Made by a program: the position numbers and the translations under genes. Positions 19,467 to 29,399 of a stretch of 64,000 nt of DNA are shown in pieces. Numbering within the stretch: the stretch's first letter is position 1; each line of letters opens with the position of its first letter. The stretch is from an uncultured Chloroflexia bacterium. Lineage in GTDB: Bacteria > Chloroflexota > Limnocylindria > QHBO01. A model generated the notes under the pieces. The model saw only the letters and a program-made list of their open reading frames with translations. It had not been told where the DNA came from and did not search any database. The stretch is from the NCBI GenBank assembly GCA_963699235.1, contig OY969424.1, positions 20,311 to 84,310 of the forward strand, written 5' to 3'.

Positions 19467-20372
19467 GGCCTGTCCAGCAGGTCGCTGACCGAGGTCAGCA
19501 GCAGGCCGCGCTGCCGAAGGGCGGGAACCAGGATCTCGAGCGCGGCGAGGGTTTCGTAGCCGCCCAGGTGCATGAGGATGATGGAGCCGCTGCCCGCGGT
19601 GGTCACCACCCGGGTCGCTATCTGCTCGGCCGTTGGTCCGCCGTCGGCCAGCGGTCTCCAGTCAATCGTGTCCAGGGTCCACATGATCGTCTTGGTGTAG
19701 CCCACGCTCGCGGCGGCGGCCAGCACCCGGTCGTCGTAGGCGGCGTTCGGCGGACGCCAGTAGGGCAGCGGATCCTGGCCGGTGCCGGCCTCCAGGATCG
19801 CCGCCGCATCGGTCAGCTCGGCAGTAATGAAGTCGTCGCTTGGCGGCCCGTCGGTCCGGCATGGAACCCGGGACGGCGAGCCCTCCCCTCCGACCCGCAG
19901 GTTGCAGTGGTGCATGGTGTGGTTGCCGATCTCGAACAGCTCGGGGTGGCCTGCGATGATGGACAGAACCGCATGCCCCGTGGCCGTCTCGCTCATGGCC
20001 CCGGTCGGGAACAGGGTGGTGCAGACCTGGTTCGCGATCAGGAAGGCCATGATGTCGAGGGCAGGGTCGAGGCGGCCGCCCATGTCGAAGGTCAGGGCCA
20101 TCGCCTCGCCGGCGTCCGGAACGGTGGCGATGATCTCGGGGCTCCCGGCTGTGGGCCGTGGCCCCGTCGTACAGCCGCTGGCCACCACGGTCGGGCCGGG
20201 CGTGGGCGCGCGAGTCGGATCGGCCGTCGGAGATTCGGTCGTCGGATTGACCGATGCGGATGGGGGCGCGCTGACCGATGGCGAGCTCGTCGGCGAGGGA
20301 GCGCCCTGGCAGCGCGGCGACGACGATGGCGGCCAAGAGGAAGGCGGCCCGGTGGCGGGGGCCGACCGGCAT
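19463..20372 (-). pseudogene. NodB-type polysaccharide deacetylase lipoprotein, split by a +1 frameshift at about 20312 (or assembly error)
   Basis: TFDMG, NHTMHH, RPP, DTIDW and LMH motifs in 19463..20188; signal peptide MPVGPRHRAAFLLAAIVVAA joins C-QGAPSPT if one base at 20312 is removed. Confidence 0.7.
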
Positions 20373-20376
20373 CGGT

Positions 20377-21153
20377 CTAGTTGGCGTGGTACTCGAACCG
20401 GCCCATGGGGGCCAGGGATGCGTTGCCCAGGAGCTGCGCCTCGCGCTGGAGGAGGGCCAGCTCGGCTCGGAGCCGGGCGGCGGCATCGGGCGCCTCGAGA
20501 AGGCGCTGCTTGCGTGACAGCTCGACCTGGAGGACGCCGGCGACCGCGTAGCTGGCGGCGAGCGGATCCGCCGGGAGCTGGATCGGCGTGATGAGGCGGT
20601 CCATCCGGGTCACGCCCTTCACGTCGCCGGCCGAGGACTCGTGGATGAGGTCGGGGTCGATGTCGAACTCCGCGTCGGCGAGCAGGTCCTCCATCTCCGC
20701 CGCGTCACGCTCCGCCAGGAAGCCGCGGATGGTGGCGAGGTAACCGTCGAGCGCGACCTGGACGTCGGGGACCAGGGCTTCCGCGTCCTCTCCCCGTCGC
20801 TCGTCGAGCGGGGTCACGTCCGCCACCGCGTACAGGCCCGAGTGATCCACCTTGCGGATGCGCGCGCGGCCCACCCCGACGGCGAGGAGGGCGTAGCGGC
20901 CGTCGGCGAACTTGTCGGCACGACGGACCTCGCAGATGGTGCCCACCCGTCGTACGGTGAGCTGACCGGTTCCCGGCTTCGATGCCACTTCCCGCCCGGC
21001 CGAGATCATGGTCACCACGAACCGGCCGCCGTACTCATTCCCATCCTCCAGCAGGTCGGCCGTCATCTGCCGGTACTTCCGCTCGAAGATGTGGAGCGGC
21101 AGCGGGAGATGCGGGAACGCGACCACGTGAAGCGGGAAGAGGGGCAACCGCAT
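20377..21153 (-). CDS. Lon peptidase N-terminal (substrate-binding) domain protein, no ATPase or protease domain
   Basis: LPLFPL..VAFP..PLPLHIFE..Y, VGTICEV, DGRYALL..G. Confidence 0.88.
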   Translation of the reverse strand: MRLPLFPLHVVAFPHLPLPLHIFERKYRQMTADLLEDGNEYGGRFVVTMISAGREVASKPGTGQLTVRRVGTICEVRRADKFADGRYALLAVGVGRARIRKVDHSGLYAVADVTPLDERRGEDAEALVPDVQVALDGYLATIRGFLAERDAAEMEDLLADAEFDIDPDLIHESSAGDVKGVTRMDRLITPIQLPADPLAASYAVAGVLQVELSRKQRLLEAPDAAARLRAELALLQREAQLLGNASLAPMGRFEYHAN

Positions 21154-21223
21154 GCGCGGAATCGTACTCCGACCGCGAAAAACCGCCTATCAGCCGCTCA
21201 GCTGTCGGCCATTACGCCGGCGG

Positions 21224-21904
21224 TCACGCATCCCCGATGGCGACGGGCTCCCGGGTGTCCCGGAACAGCAGGTACGCGCTGGTCAGAGCGACCCACGCGG
21301 GGAACAGCAGTACGACCCACTGCAGGGCCGCCAGGCTGAGCAGCAGGACGATGGCGATGGCCAGTCCGACGAGCGCCAGCGGCCGGGGAAACGCGCCGGA
21401 TCGCAGCATGATCGAGGAGCTGACCAGCATGAACGCGGCGGCGGCCCGCGCCGCCAGGACGTACATGTAGGCGAAGGCGGACGAGCGCGCCGCTTCGACC
21501 TGCTCGGCGGTGAGCGGTGGAGCCACGTCGTACCGGTTGCCAGACACGAGGGAGGCAAGCTGGGCGGCAGCCGACCAGTACATCCCCACGAAGAGGATGC
21601 CGGTGCCGAGGAACACGGTCGCAAACAGGCGGTCCTCGCGTTCGCCGATGCGATGTCGGATCACGCCGATGAACCACAGGAAGGCGATACCGGCAAAGGG
21701 AGCCAGGTACAGCGCCGAGATGGTCAGGGCGGTCACGCCGTTATCTCGGAACCAGGCCACGAACGCGGTGTCGCTCAGGCCCTCCGGAGGCCGGACGCTC
21801 GGCAGGAGCAGCGAAGCAGTGAACAGCGCCGAGAAGACGAGGCCGGCGATACCGGCCGATCGCGGTGCTTTCCCTCCGCGCAGCGCGGTCGGCGTGCTCG
21901 TCAT
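21224..21904 (-). CDS. Conserved hypothetical membrane protein
   Basis: About 6 TM; APFAGIAFLWFIGVIR..IG..EDRLFATVFLG; GGAG SD. Confidence 0.7.
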   Translation of the reverse strand: MTSTPTALRGGKAPRSAGIAGLVFSALFTASLLLPSVRPPEGLSDTAFVAWFRDNGVTALTISALYLAPFAGIAFLWFIGVIRHRIGEREDRLFATVFLGTGILFVGMYWSAAAQLASLVSGNRYDVAPPLTAEQVEAARSSAFAYMYVLAARAAAAFMLVSSSIMLRSGAFPRPLALVGLAIAIVLLLSLAALQWVVLLFPAWVALTSAYLLFRDTREPVAIGDA

Positions 21905-21922
21905 GGTCGGAGGTCTCCTGGG

Positions 21923-23431
21923 CTACTCCTGGTCGACGAACTCCATGTCGATCTGCGCCCGCTGGAGCTTGCCCGAGTAGTCGATGTAGACGCTCTTCCA
22001 CTCGGTGTAGAAGTCGAACGCAGTCTGGCCGATCTCGCGATGGCCGTTACCAGTGGCCTTGGTGCCGCCGAAGGGAAGGTGCGCCTCGGCGCCGATGGTG
22101 CCGTGGTTGACGTAGCCCTGGCCGGAGTCGAAGTCGCGGATCGAGCGGAATGCCAGGTTCACGTCGTTGGTGAACAGCGAGGTGGACAGGCCGTACTGGA
22201 CACTGTTGACCACACGCACCGCCTCGTCCCAGTCATCGACCGGGATGACGGCGGTGACCGGGCCGAAGATCTCCTCCTGCGCGATTCGCGCGTCGCCCTT
22301 CACCTCGGCGAACACCGTTGGCGTGAAGAACGAGCCCTTGGCCAGCTCCCCGTCGCGGGCAGGCGTGCCGCCGACCACCAGGTCGGCTTCCCTCTGACCG
22401 ATGGACACGTAGCCGTCGATTCGCTCGACGGCCTTCTCGTTGATGACCGGCCCCACATCGGTCGTCTCCAGCAGGCCGTCCCCCAGGACGAGCGCCGCCG
22501 CGCGCTTCTGGAGCTTCTGGACGAACTCGTCATGGACAGACCGATGGATCACGATCCGGCTGGCCGCGGTGCAGCGCTGGCCGGAGGTGCCGAAGGCGGA
22601 CCAGATGACCGAGTCGAGGGCGAGGTCGAGGTCGGCGTCGTCCCAGATGACGATGGGGTTCTTGCCACCCAGTTCGAGTGACACGCGCTTGAGGGTCTTC
22701 GCCGCGCGGGACGAGATGTCCACCCCGGTCTCGGTGTGGCCGGTGAACGAGATGAGCTTGACGTCGGGGTGCTCCACCAGCGGATGACCCACCTTGTTAC
22801 CCGAGCCGGAGACGACGTTGACCACGCCATCGGGAATCCCGCCTTCGAGCAGGAGCTCGGTGAACCGGATCATGCAGGCGGGCGTGTCGGAGGCCGGCTT
22901 CATGACCGCCGTGTTGCCGCTGATGAGGGCCGGGAAGAGCTTCCAGGCCGGGATGGCGACCGGGAAGTTCCACGGGGCGATGATGGCGGCCACCCCGATC
23001 GGCCGGCGGATGGTCATCGCGAACTTGTCGGGCATCTCCGACGGCACGGTGTAGCCGAACAGGCGGCGCCCCTCACCGGCCATGTAGTACGCGACGTCGA
23101 TCGCCTCTTGGACGTCGCCGCGGGACTCGGCCAGGACCTTGCCCATCTCCCGGGTCAAGAGCCGCGACAGCTCCTCCTTGTGCTCGGTCAGGATCCGCGC
23201 GACCTTGAACAGGATCTCGCCCCGCTTGGGGGCCGGCATCATCGACCAGGCCGGATAGGCGGCCTTCGCCGCGGCGACCGCGGCATCGACGTCGTCCGCG
23301 CCGCTGGCGGGGAATTCACCGATGACGTCGTCCCGGTTGGCGGGGCTGGTCGACGTGAAGGTCTTGCCGGAGCGGGCCTCGACCCACTTGCCAGCGATCA
23401 GGTTCTTGTAGGTCGCAGTCGCAACGGTCAC
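21923..23431 (-). CDS. Aldehyde dehydrogenase family protein
   Basis: PWNFP, KPAS, LELGGKNP, GQRCT, EEIFGP, PFGGTKATG. Confidence 0.92.
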   Translation of the reverse strand: MTVATATYKNLIAGKWVEARSGKTFTSTSPANRDDVIGEFPASGADDVDAAVAAAKAAYPAWSMMPAPKRGEILFKVARILTEHKEELSRLLTREMGKVLAESRGDVQEAIDVAYYMAGEGRRLFGYTVPSEMPDKFAMTIRRPIGVAAIIAPWNFPVAIPAWKLFPALISGNTAVMKPASDTPACMIRFTELLLEGGIPDGVVNVVSGSGNKVGHPLVEHPDVKLISFTGHTETGVDISSRAAKTLKRVSLELGGKNPIVIWDDADLDLALDSVIWSAFGTSGQRCTAASRIVIHRSVHDEFVQKLQKRAAALVLGDGLLETTDVGPVINEKAVERIDGYVSIGQREADLVVGGTPARDGELAKGSFFTPTVFAEVKGDARIAQEEIFGPVTAVIPVDDWDEAVRVVNSVQYGLSTSLFTNDVNLAFRSIRDFDSGQGYVNHGTIGAEAHLPFGGTKATGNGHREIGQTAFDFYTEWKSVYIDYSGKLQRAQIDMEFVDQE

Positions 23432-23495
23432 GGAATCTCCACGAGTTGGGGGTGAGCCGATTGTAGGTGGCCCGGCCTGATCCGGGCGCCAGGCC

Positions 23496-24431
23496 CTAGG
23501 CGTGGGCGCCGCGCTCCAGCGCGCGCCGATCGGTCGTTTCGAGCTGGATGGTGGAATGCTCCATGTCGAAGTCGTCGGCCAGACAGGCGCAGACCTCGTC
23601 CAGAACCCTGGCGGGCTCGGCCCCCGGACGCATGACGACGTGAGCAGAAACGACGAGCACCCCCGACGTCAGGGTCCAGGCGTGGAGGTCATGCACGTCC
23701 TGCACATCGGGTGCCTCGAGGACGTGTGCGCGGACGACATCGAGATCGACACTGCGCGGTGTCGCTTCGAGCAGGACATCCACCGCTTCCCGGAGGAGGT
23801 TCCAGGTTCTCGGCAAGATGAGGACCGCAATCACGACCGAAGCCACGGTGTCGATGCCCGTCCAGCCGGTCAGGATGATCACGAGCCCGGCCCCGATGAC
23901 CGCCATCGAGCCGAGGAGGTCGCCCAGCACTTCGAGGTAGGCACCACGCAGGTTCAGGCTGGCCTTCGCGCCGGCATGGAGGAGGCGGAGGGAGAGGATG
24001 TTGATGCCCAGCCCGATGGTGGCCACGACCAGCATGGGCAGACCGATGACCTCCGGCGGGTCGCCGAGCCGCCGGAGCGCCTCGATCAGGATGAACGCGG
24101 CCACGCCGAAGAGGAGGACGGCGTTGGCCACGGCGGCCAGGATCTCGAGACGGTAGTACCCGAACGACTTCTCCGGCGTGGCCGGACGAGCCGCGAACCA
24201 GATCGCCAGGAGTGCCAGGCCCACGCCGACGGCGTCGGTCAGCATGTGGCCCGCGTCGGCGATCAGGGCCAGGCTGTTGGTGAGCAGCCCGGCCACGATC
24301 TCGACGGCCATGAATCCGACGATGAGGGCGAACACCGCCCCCAGGCGACGGCGTCCGGCGGCCGACGCGGTACGGCCATGGAGATGGGGTTGCCGCGGCC
24401 GCACCATGGGCGCTGACGGCGCGGCTGTCAT
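23496..24431 (-). CDS. czcD: Cation diffusion facilitator transporter (CzcD/ZitB-like)
   Basis: SLALIADAGHMLTD, FGYYRLEILAA, NLRGAYLEVLGDLLGS, VHDLHAWTL, HSTIQLE. Confidence 0.92.
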   Translation of the reverse strand: MTAAPSAPMVRPRQPHLHGRTASAAGRRRLGAVFALIVGFMAVEIVAGLLTNSLALIADAGHMLTDAVGVGLALLAIWFAARPATPEKSFGYYRLEILAAVANAVLLFGVAAFILIEALRRLGDPPEVIGLPMLVVATIGLGINILSLRLLHAGAKASLNLRGAYLEVLGDLLGSMAVIGAGLVIILTGWTGIDTVASVVIAVLILPRTWNLLREAVDVLLEATPRSVDLDVVRAHVLEAPDVQDVHDLHAWTLTSGVLVVSAHVVMRPGAEPARVLDEVCACLADDFDMEHSTIQLETTDRRALERGAHA

Positions 24432-24478
24432 TCCGGCAGCTCGCGGTCGACGTAATCCTCTTCGGTGTGCCTGCTCAT
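24428..24478 (-). CDS. Putative 16-aa leader peptide MSRHTEEDYVDRELPE coupled to czcD
   Basis: ATG at 24478; its TGA overlaps the czcD ATG (ATGA). Confidence 0.3.
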   Translation of the reverse strand: MSRHTEEDYVDRELPE

Positions 24479-24561
24479 CTGTTCATCGTGACCTGAAGCC
24501 GACACTCGTGTCAGGCCCGTTCCGGGAGAGTCCTGCGGGAAAGCCCCGTAGACTCGGGTGA

Positions 24562-25125
24562 ATGTCCACCGTTGGTCACCTCTTCGTCGGCGCCGCGTCC
24601 GGCCGCTATGCGGTCGCCCGGGGCTCCCGCATCCGCGACCTCATCTTCCTGGCCTTGATGGTCTTCATCGCCGTGGCCCCGGACCTCGATCACCGGGTGC
24701 TGCCCGCCCTCGGCGTCCCGGACTCCCTGACCCTGGGTCATCGCGGGGCAACCCATTCGCTGACGGTGGCCGCCGCGACGGCACTGATCGTCGGGCTCGT
24801 CGCGCGGGCCGCCCACATGTCGTTCCGGGTTGCCGCCGTGGCGGCCTTCCTCGCCATCGGCTCACACGCCGTCCTCGACACCCTGAGCGGTGGGCCGGGG
24901 GTCGCCTGGCTATGGCCGTTCACCGACGTCAGGTTCCCCACCGTGCGGATCCTGCCCATGGCGCCAGCCAACGAGAACCTGTTCACCTTCACCGGCCTGA
25001 GGCTCCTGTTGGCCGAGGTCGTGATTTTCTCGCCCTTCCTGCTCTACGCCCTGATGGCGAAGCGCACGGCGGCTCCGGATGCCGGCGCCCCGTCGACGAA
25101 GAACGGTGACCTCCCCACAGCCTAG
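24562..25125 (+). CDS. Metal-dependent membrane hydrolase (YdjM-like)
   Basis: GH, APDLD, HRGATHS, SHAVLD, GVAWLWPF; TAGACT box 7 nt upstream. Confidence 0.85.
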   Translation: MSTVGHLFVGAASGRYAVARGSRIRDLIFLALMVFIAVAPDLDHRVLPALGVPDSLTLGHRGATHSLTVAAATALIVGLVARAAHMSFRVAAVAAFLAIGSHAVLDTLSGGPGVAWLWPFTDVRFPTVRILPMAPANENLFTFTGLRLLLAEVVIFSPFLLYALMAKRTAAPDAGAPSTKNGDLPTA

Positions 25126-25180
25126 GCATCGGACGAGGCCATGAGACCCGGGGCCGCCGACGTATGGTGAGCGCTGCCTG

Positions 25181-25936
25181 ATGCGCATGACCGAAGCGAC
25201 CGGTTCCACGAGCAAGCCACCGAGCGGCCTGCGGCCACGCGGGGCCCGTCACCGGGCGGTCGGCGGCAACGCGCTCCGGGCGGCGGTCCTCGGTGCCAAT
25301 GACGGGCTCGTCAGCAACTTCAGCCTGGTGATGGGTGTGGCCGGAGCAGGTGGCGACCGGGGCGCCATCCTCGTCGCCGGCTTGGCCGGGTTGCTGGCGG
25401 GCGCCCTCTCGATGGCGCTCGGCGAGTGGCTCAGCGTCCAGAGCGCCCGCGAGCTGTACGCCAACCAGCTCGCCATCGAAGCCGCGGAGATCGCGGACCA
25501 TCCAGAGGAAGAGGTGGAGGAGCTCCGCCTCATCTACGAGGCGAAGGGAGTCCCCTCCGAGGTCGCCCGGGACATCGCGCACCGCATCGTGTATGGGGAT
25601 CGATCGGTCGCGCTGGAGACGATGGCCAGAGAGGAGCTGGGCATCGATCCCACCAACCTTGGCGGGTCAGCCTGGGTCGCGGCGGGAACCTCGTTCGCGC
25701 TGTTCGCCATCGGTGCCGTCGTGCCCGTCATCCCCTTCCTATTCCTCACCGGAACCACGGCAATCGTCGTCTCTGCAGTGCTTGCAGGTCTGGCGTTGTT
25801 CGGTGTCGGTGCCTCGATTACCGTCCTGACCGGACGAGGCGTGCTTCGCTCCGGACTCCGTCAGCTGGCGTTCGGGATGGCGGCCGCTGCAATCACCTAC
25901 GGGATCGGAACTTTGCTCGGGACGGCGATCAGCTAA
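25181..25936 (+). CDS. VIT1/CCC1 family Fe/Mn transporter
   Basis: [32 protein letters not shown]. Confidence 0.92.
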   Translation: MRMTEATGSTSKPPSGLRPRGARHRAVGGNALRAAVLGANDGLVSNFSLVMGVAGAGGDRGAILVAGLAGLLAGALSMALGEWLSVQSARELYANQLAIEAAEIADHPEEEVEELRLIYEAKGVPSEVARDIAHRIVYGDRSVALETMAREELGIDPTNLGGSAWVAAGTSFALFAIGAVVPVIPFLFLTGTTAIVVSAVLAGLALFGVGASITVLTGRGVLRSGLRQLAFGMAAAAITYGIGTLLGTAIS

Positions 25937-27321
25937 CGAGTCATCCGTCCAACATCGAGGAGGCGGTCGAGGTCCTCGAGAGTGAAGGTGCCGTTCTCGA
26001 CGTGGCCGCGCTCGATCACCACGTCGCGAATGGACTTCCGCTCGGTGAGGGCCTGCTTGGCAATGCTCGCCGCCTCCTCGTAGCCGAGGATCGGGTTCAA
26101 GGCCGTCGCCACCGACGGCGAGCCTTCGGCGTATTCCCGGGCACGAGACTCGTCCGCGGTGATGCCGCGGATGCATCGGTCCGCGAACAGGCGCGACGAC
26201 GAGCTCAAGAGCCGGATCGACTCGAGCACGTTTCGGGCGAGAACGGGCAGCATGATGTTCAGCTCGAAGTTTCCCTGGCTGCCGCTGAAGGCCACCGCCG
26301 CGTCGTTGCCGATGACCTGGGCGCAGACCATGGACAGCGCCTCGGCCACGACCGGGTTCACCTTGCCGGGCATGATGCTGCTCCCCGGCTGCAGGTCCGG
26401 CACGTGGATCTCGGCCAGGCCGGCGCGCGGGCCGGAGCCCATCCACCGGATGTCGGTCGCGATCTTGTACAGGCCGATGGCCACCGTCCGAAGCTGGCCG
26501 CTCAGCTCAACCAGCCCGTCCTGGGCGCCCTGCGCCTCGAAGTGGTTCCGGGCCTCGGTCAGCGGCAGGCCGGTGGTCTCCCGCAGCTCCCCGATGACCG
26601 CCGCCGCAAACCCGTCCGGGGCGTTGATCCCGGTTCCCACTGCGGTCCCGCCCAGGGCCAGCTCCCCGAGGCGCGGCAGGGTCGCCTCCAGCCGCTCGAT
26701 CCCGTAGCGGACCTGGGCCGCGTAGCCGCCGAACTCCTGGCCCAGGGTCACCGGGGTGGCGTCCATCAGGTGGGTCCGCCCCGACTTCACGACATCGGCG
26801 AACTCCGCGGCCTTGGCCTCGAGCGCCTCCGCCAGCTCGGTCAGGGCCGGGATAAGGTCGTTCACGACCCCCTCGCAGGCCGCCAGGTGGATGGCGGAAG
26901 GGATGACGTCGTTGCTCGACTGGGAGGCGTTGACGTGGTCGTTGGGGTGAACCGACTGCCCGAACTGCTCGGCCGCGAGGGTGGCGATCACCTCGTTCGC
27001 GTTCATGTTCGACGAGGTTCCGGACCCGGTCTGGAAGACGTCGATCGGGAACTGGTCGTCCCATCCTCCGGCGGCAACTTCGTCGGCGGCCCGGCGGATG
27101 GCGGCCGCCGCATCGGCCTCCACGACCCCCAGCTGCCCATTGACCGATGCCGCCGCGGCCTTGATCTGGCCCAGGGCGTGAATCACCGCCGGATCCATCC
27201 GCTGCCCACTGATCGGGAAGTTCTCGACCGCCCGCTGGGTGGTCGCGCCCCACTTCGCGCTGGCCGGGACGGCAACCTCGCCCATCGAGTCGTGCTCCAC
27301 GCGGGTCGCCTCCTCCGTCAT
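25933..27321 (-). CDS. fumC: Class II fumarate hydratase
   Basis: [58 protein letters not shown]. Confidence 0.96.
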   Translation of the reverse strand: MTEEATRVEHDSMGEVAVPASAKWGATTQRAVENFPISGQRMDPAVIHALGQIKAAAASVNGQLGVVEADAAAAIRRAADEVAAGGWDDQFPIDVFQTGSGTSSNMNANEVIATLAAEQFGQSVHPNDHVNASQSSNDVIPSAIHLAACEGVVNDLIPALTELAEALEAKAAEFADVVKSGRTHLMDATPVTLGQEFGGYAAQVRYGIERLEATLPRLGELALGGTAVGTGINAPDGFAAAVIGELRETTGLPLTEARNHFEAQGAQDGLVELSGQLRTVAIGLYKIATDIRWMGSGPRAGLAEIHVPDLQPGSSIMPGKVNPVVAEALSMVCAQVIGNDAAVAFSGSQGNFELNIMLPVLARNVLESIRLLSSSSRLFADRCIRGITADESRAREYAEGSPSVATALNPILGYEEAASIAKQALTERKSIRDVVIERGHVENGTFTLEDLDRLLDVGRMTR

Positions 27322-27359
27322 CAGTCCGATGATAGCGACCGTTCCTGTACGGTTCGGGC

Positions 27360-27806
27360 ATGCCGCTCACCGGTGAGTACCTGCCCGGCACGTCCGACTG
27401 GTCGCGGAACACCGTGGATCGGTACGAGGCGACCGATGGCGAGACGGGCGGCCTGCTGAACGGTCGGCCGGTCGTCATCCTCACGTCGGTGGGTGCCCGG
27501 ACGGGCGGGCTCCGGAAGACGCCGCTCATGCGCGTGGAGCACGAGGGCACCTACGTCGTGGTTGCATCCCTCGGCGGCGCCACCCACAACCCGAAGTGGT
27601 ACTACAACCTCGTCGCCAATCCGCAGGTCGAGCTCCAGGACCTGGCCGTCAAGCGCGACTACCGGGCCTGGGAGGTGACCGGCGACGAGAAGGCGATCTG
27701 GTGGGAGCGGGCAGTGGCGGCCTTCCCGGACTACGCGAACTATCAGAAGAAGACCAGCCGGCAGATCCCGGTCTTCGTCCTCGAGCCGATGGAGCCTGCT
27801 GCCTAG
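27360..27806 (+). CDS. Deazaflavin (F420H2)-dependent nitroreductase/quinone reductase (Ddn family)
   Basis: [50 protein letters not shown]. Confidence 0.88.
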   Translation: MPLTGEYLPGTSDWSRNTVDRYEATDGETGGLLNGRPVVILTSVGARTGGLRKTPLMRVEHEGTYVVVASLGGATHNPKWYYNLVANPQVELQDLAVKRDYRAWEVTGDEKAIWWERAVAAFPDYANYQKKTSRQIPVFVLEPMEPAA

Positions 27807-28249
27807 CGGTCCACGGAGGTGGAGGCCACGAACCGGATACTGGGCGGGATGAGGTACGGCCAGGCGCCGCCTTCGATATCGGCCAGCACCTCCTTGGCCT
27901 TGCCGACCAGCTCGCTGACGCCGATGCCGCCGTGGACCGGCTCGTACGGCTCGAGGTGGGCGATCCCCTCGCTCAGCTTGTTCCTCGCGCCGCGGCGGTT
28001 GCGGCGGGCGAGGTGGAGGAAGCCGGCGGCCAGCTTGATGAGGCCCTGGTAGAAGTCGCGCTCGTCGTCGGCGGCGGCACGCCACAGCGTCTCCCACGCC
28101 TCGTGGGCGTGCCAGTAGCGGGCCCCGTTGAACAGGGCCACGCCCTCGCGGAAGAGGCGCTCCGCCTCCGCCGGATCGAGCGGCTCGGTGCGTCCTCGTT
28201 CCGGATGGGCCGCTGCCTTGCCCGCGGCGGCCGCGCTCGGGTCAGCCAT
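27803..28249 (-). CDS. DUF309 family protein
   Basis: [27 protein letters not shown]. Confidence 0.88.
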   Translation of the reverse strand: MADPSAAAAGKAAAHPERGRTEPLDPAEAERLFREGVALFNGARYWHAHEAWETLWRAAADDERDFYQGLIKLAAGFLHLARRNRRGARNKLSEGIAHLEPYEPVHGGIGVSELVGKAKEVLADIEGGAWPYLIPPSIRFVASTSVDR

Positions 28250-28281
28250 CCCCTCGATCGTACAGCGCGCGCCGCGCCGGA

Positions 28282-28776
28282 TCAGCCGCGGGCGGCGGAG
28301 ACGCGCATCTCGCGCAGGACCTGCTCGATCGCGGAGCGGTACCGAATTCCCGAGGAATGGCGCACCAGCCAGCGGAGGTAGTCGGGGTCCCGGCGAGCCA
28401 GGTCGCGGAGCCGCCAGCCCTCGTATCGGCCGAAGTCGAGTGCGGAACCGGGGCCGTACTGCCCGTTCGTGTCTTTGGCCGGTCCGCCGGCAGGCTCCTC
28501 GGGATGGAGTCGCGATCGCAGGTCAGAGACGGGCGACGGAGCGGACGACGCCGGTCCGACGGGGTGGAGGCGGCGCTCGGTGTCGTAGCGGCGACGGAGC
28601 TCCGGCGTGCGAAGCAGGGAGTAGGCGCGGTTGATGTCCGCCATGCGCGCCGGGTTCGGCGATTCACCGTCGGGGTGGTAGCGGCGTGCCAGCGCGCGAT
28701 ACGCGGCATCGAGGACGATCCCCTCCGCGAGGGGATCAATCTGCAATAGGTTGTAGGCGTCGAACTCTCGATCCAA
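28282..28776 (-). CDS. J-domain (DnaJ class III) protein with C-terminal FGRY/DPDYL module, paralog 1
   Basis: DAYNLLQ, AYRALARRYHPD, INRAY..L; tail LDFGRYEGWRLRDLARRDPDYLRWL; TTG start chosen by alignment to paralog 2. Confidence 0.82.
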   Translation of the reverse strand: MDREFDAYNLLQIDPLAEGIVLDAAYRALARRYHPDGESPNPARMADINRAYSLLRTPELRRRYDTERRLHPVGPASSAPSPVSDLRSRLHPEEPAGGPAKDTNGQYGPGSALDFGRYEGWRLRDLARRDPDYLRWLVRHSSGIRYRSAIEQVLREMRVSAARG

Positions 28777-28871
28777 ACCCTGACCCCTGGGGGATCCACT
28801 CAACAGGGTCCAACCTTGCAGGATCGCAAGGTTCAGCACCACCGGCCCGATGGTTTGGCCGAGCCTCAGTA

Positions 28872-29381
28872 CTACCGGCGAGGCGGGGTCTCGGCAGGCT
28901 CCGGCGGCAGCATGGCCGCGATCTGGTTCCGGTAGCGGACGCCGGATGAGTGGCGCGTGAGCCAGCGCAGGTAGTCGGGGTCGTGGCGGACGAGGTCCTT
29001 CAGGGTCCAGCCCTGGTAGCGTCCGAAGTCGATGGTCATCATCGCCGGGTCGAGCGAGTTGAGGCCGGCTGGCGGGGGCGACGGAGCCGGAACGCGTCCC
29101 CCGAAGGCCTGGGCCGCCATGCTCGGCAACTCGCCGGCCCCCGTGGCCCCGCCGGGGCCCATCGGTCGAATCCGGTGGAGGCGGTCGTACCGCTTTCGGC
29201 GCTCGATGGTGCGGACCAGGTCATACGACCGATTGATCTCGGACATCCGGGCCACGTCGGGTGCCTCGCCGTCTGGATGGAACCGCCTGGCAAGGGCCCG
29301 GTAGGCCGCTTCGAGGACGAAATCCTCAGCCTGCGGATCGATCTGGAGGATTCGGTAGGCGTCGAGCTCGTCGTCGGTCAC
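28872..29381 (-). CDS. J-domain protein with C-terminal FGRY/DPDYL module, paralog 2
   Basis: DAYRILQ, AYRALARRFHPD; tail IDFGRYQGWTLKDLVRHDPDYLRWL. Confidence 0.85.
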   Translation of the reverse strand: MTDDELDAYRILQIDPQAEDFVLEAAYRALARRFHPDGEAPDVARMSEINRSYDLVRTIERRKRYDRLHRIRPMGPGGATGAGELPSMAAQAFGGRVPAPSPPPAGLNSLDPAMMTIDFGRYQGWTLKDLVRHDPDYLRWLTRHSSGVRYRNQIAAMLPPEPAETPPRR

Positions 29382-29399
29382 GGGGGAGTGATCGTAGCC

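Noticed and set aside
24380-24490. NiCo (czcD) riboswitch upstream of the CDF transporter
   Set aside because: Only the short TGAGCAGGC segment resembles it; the 3' GTGGGACAG element and four-way junction could not be built by eye. An Infernal search with the Rfam NiCo model would settle it
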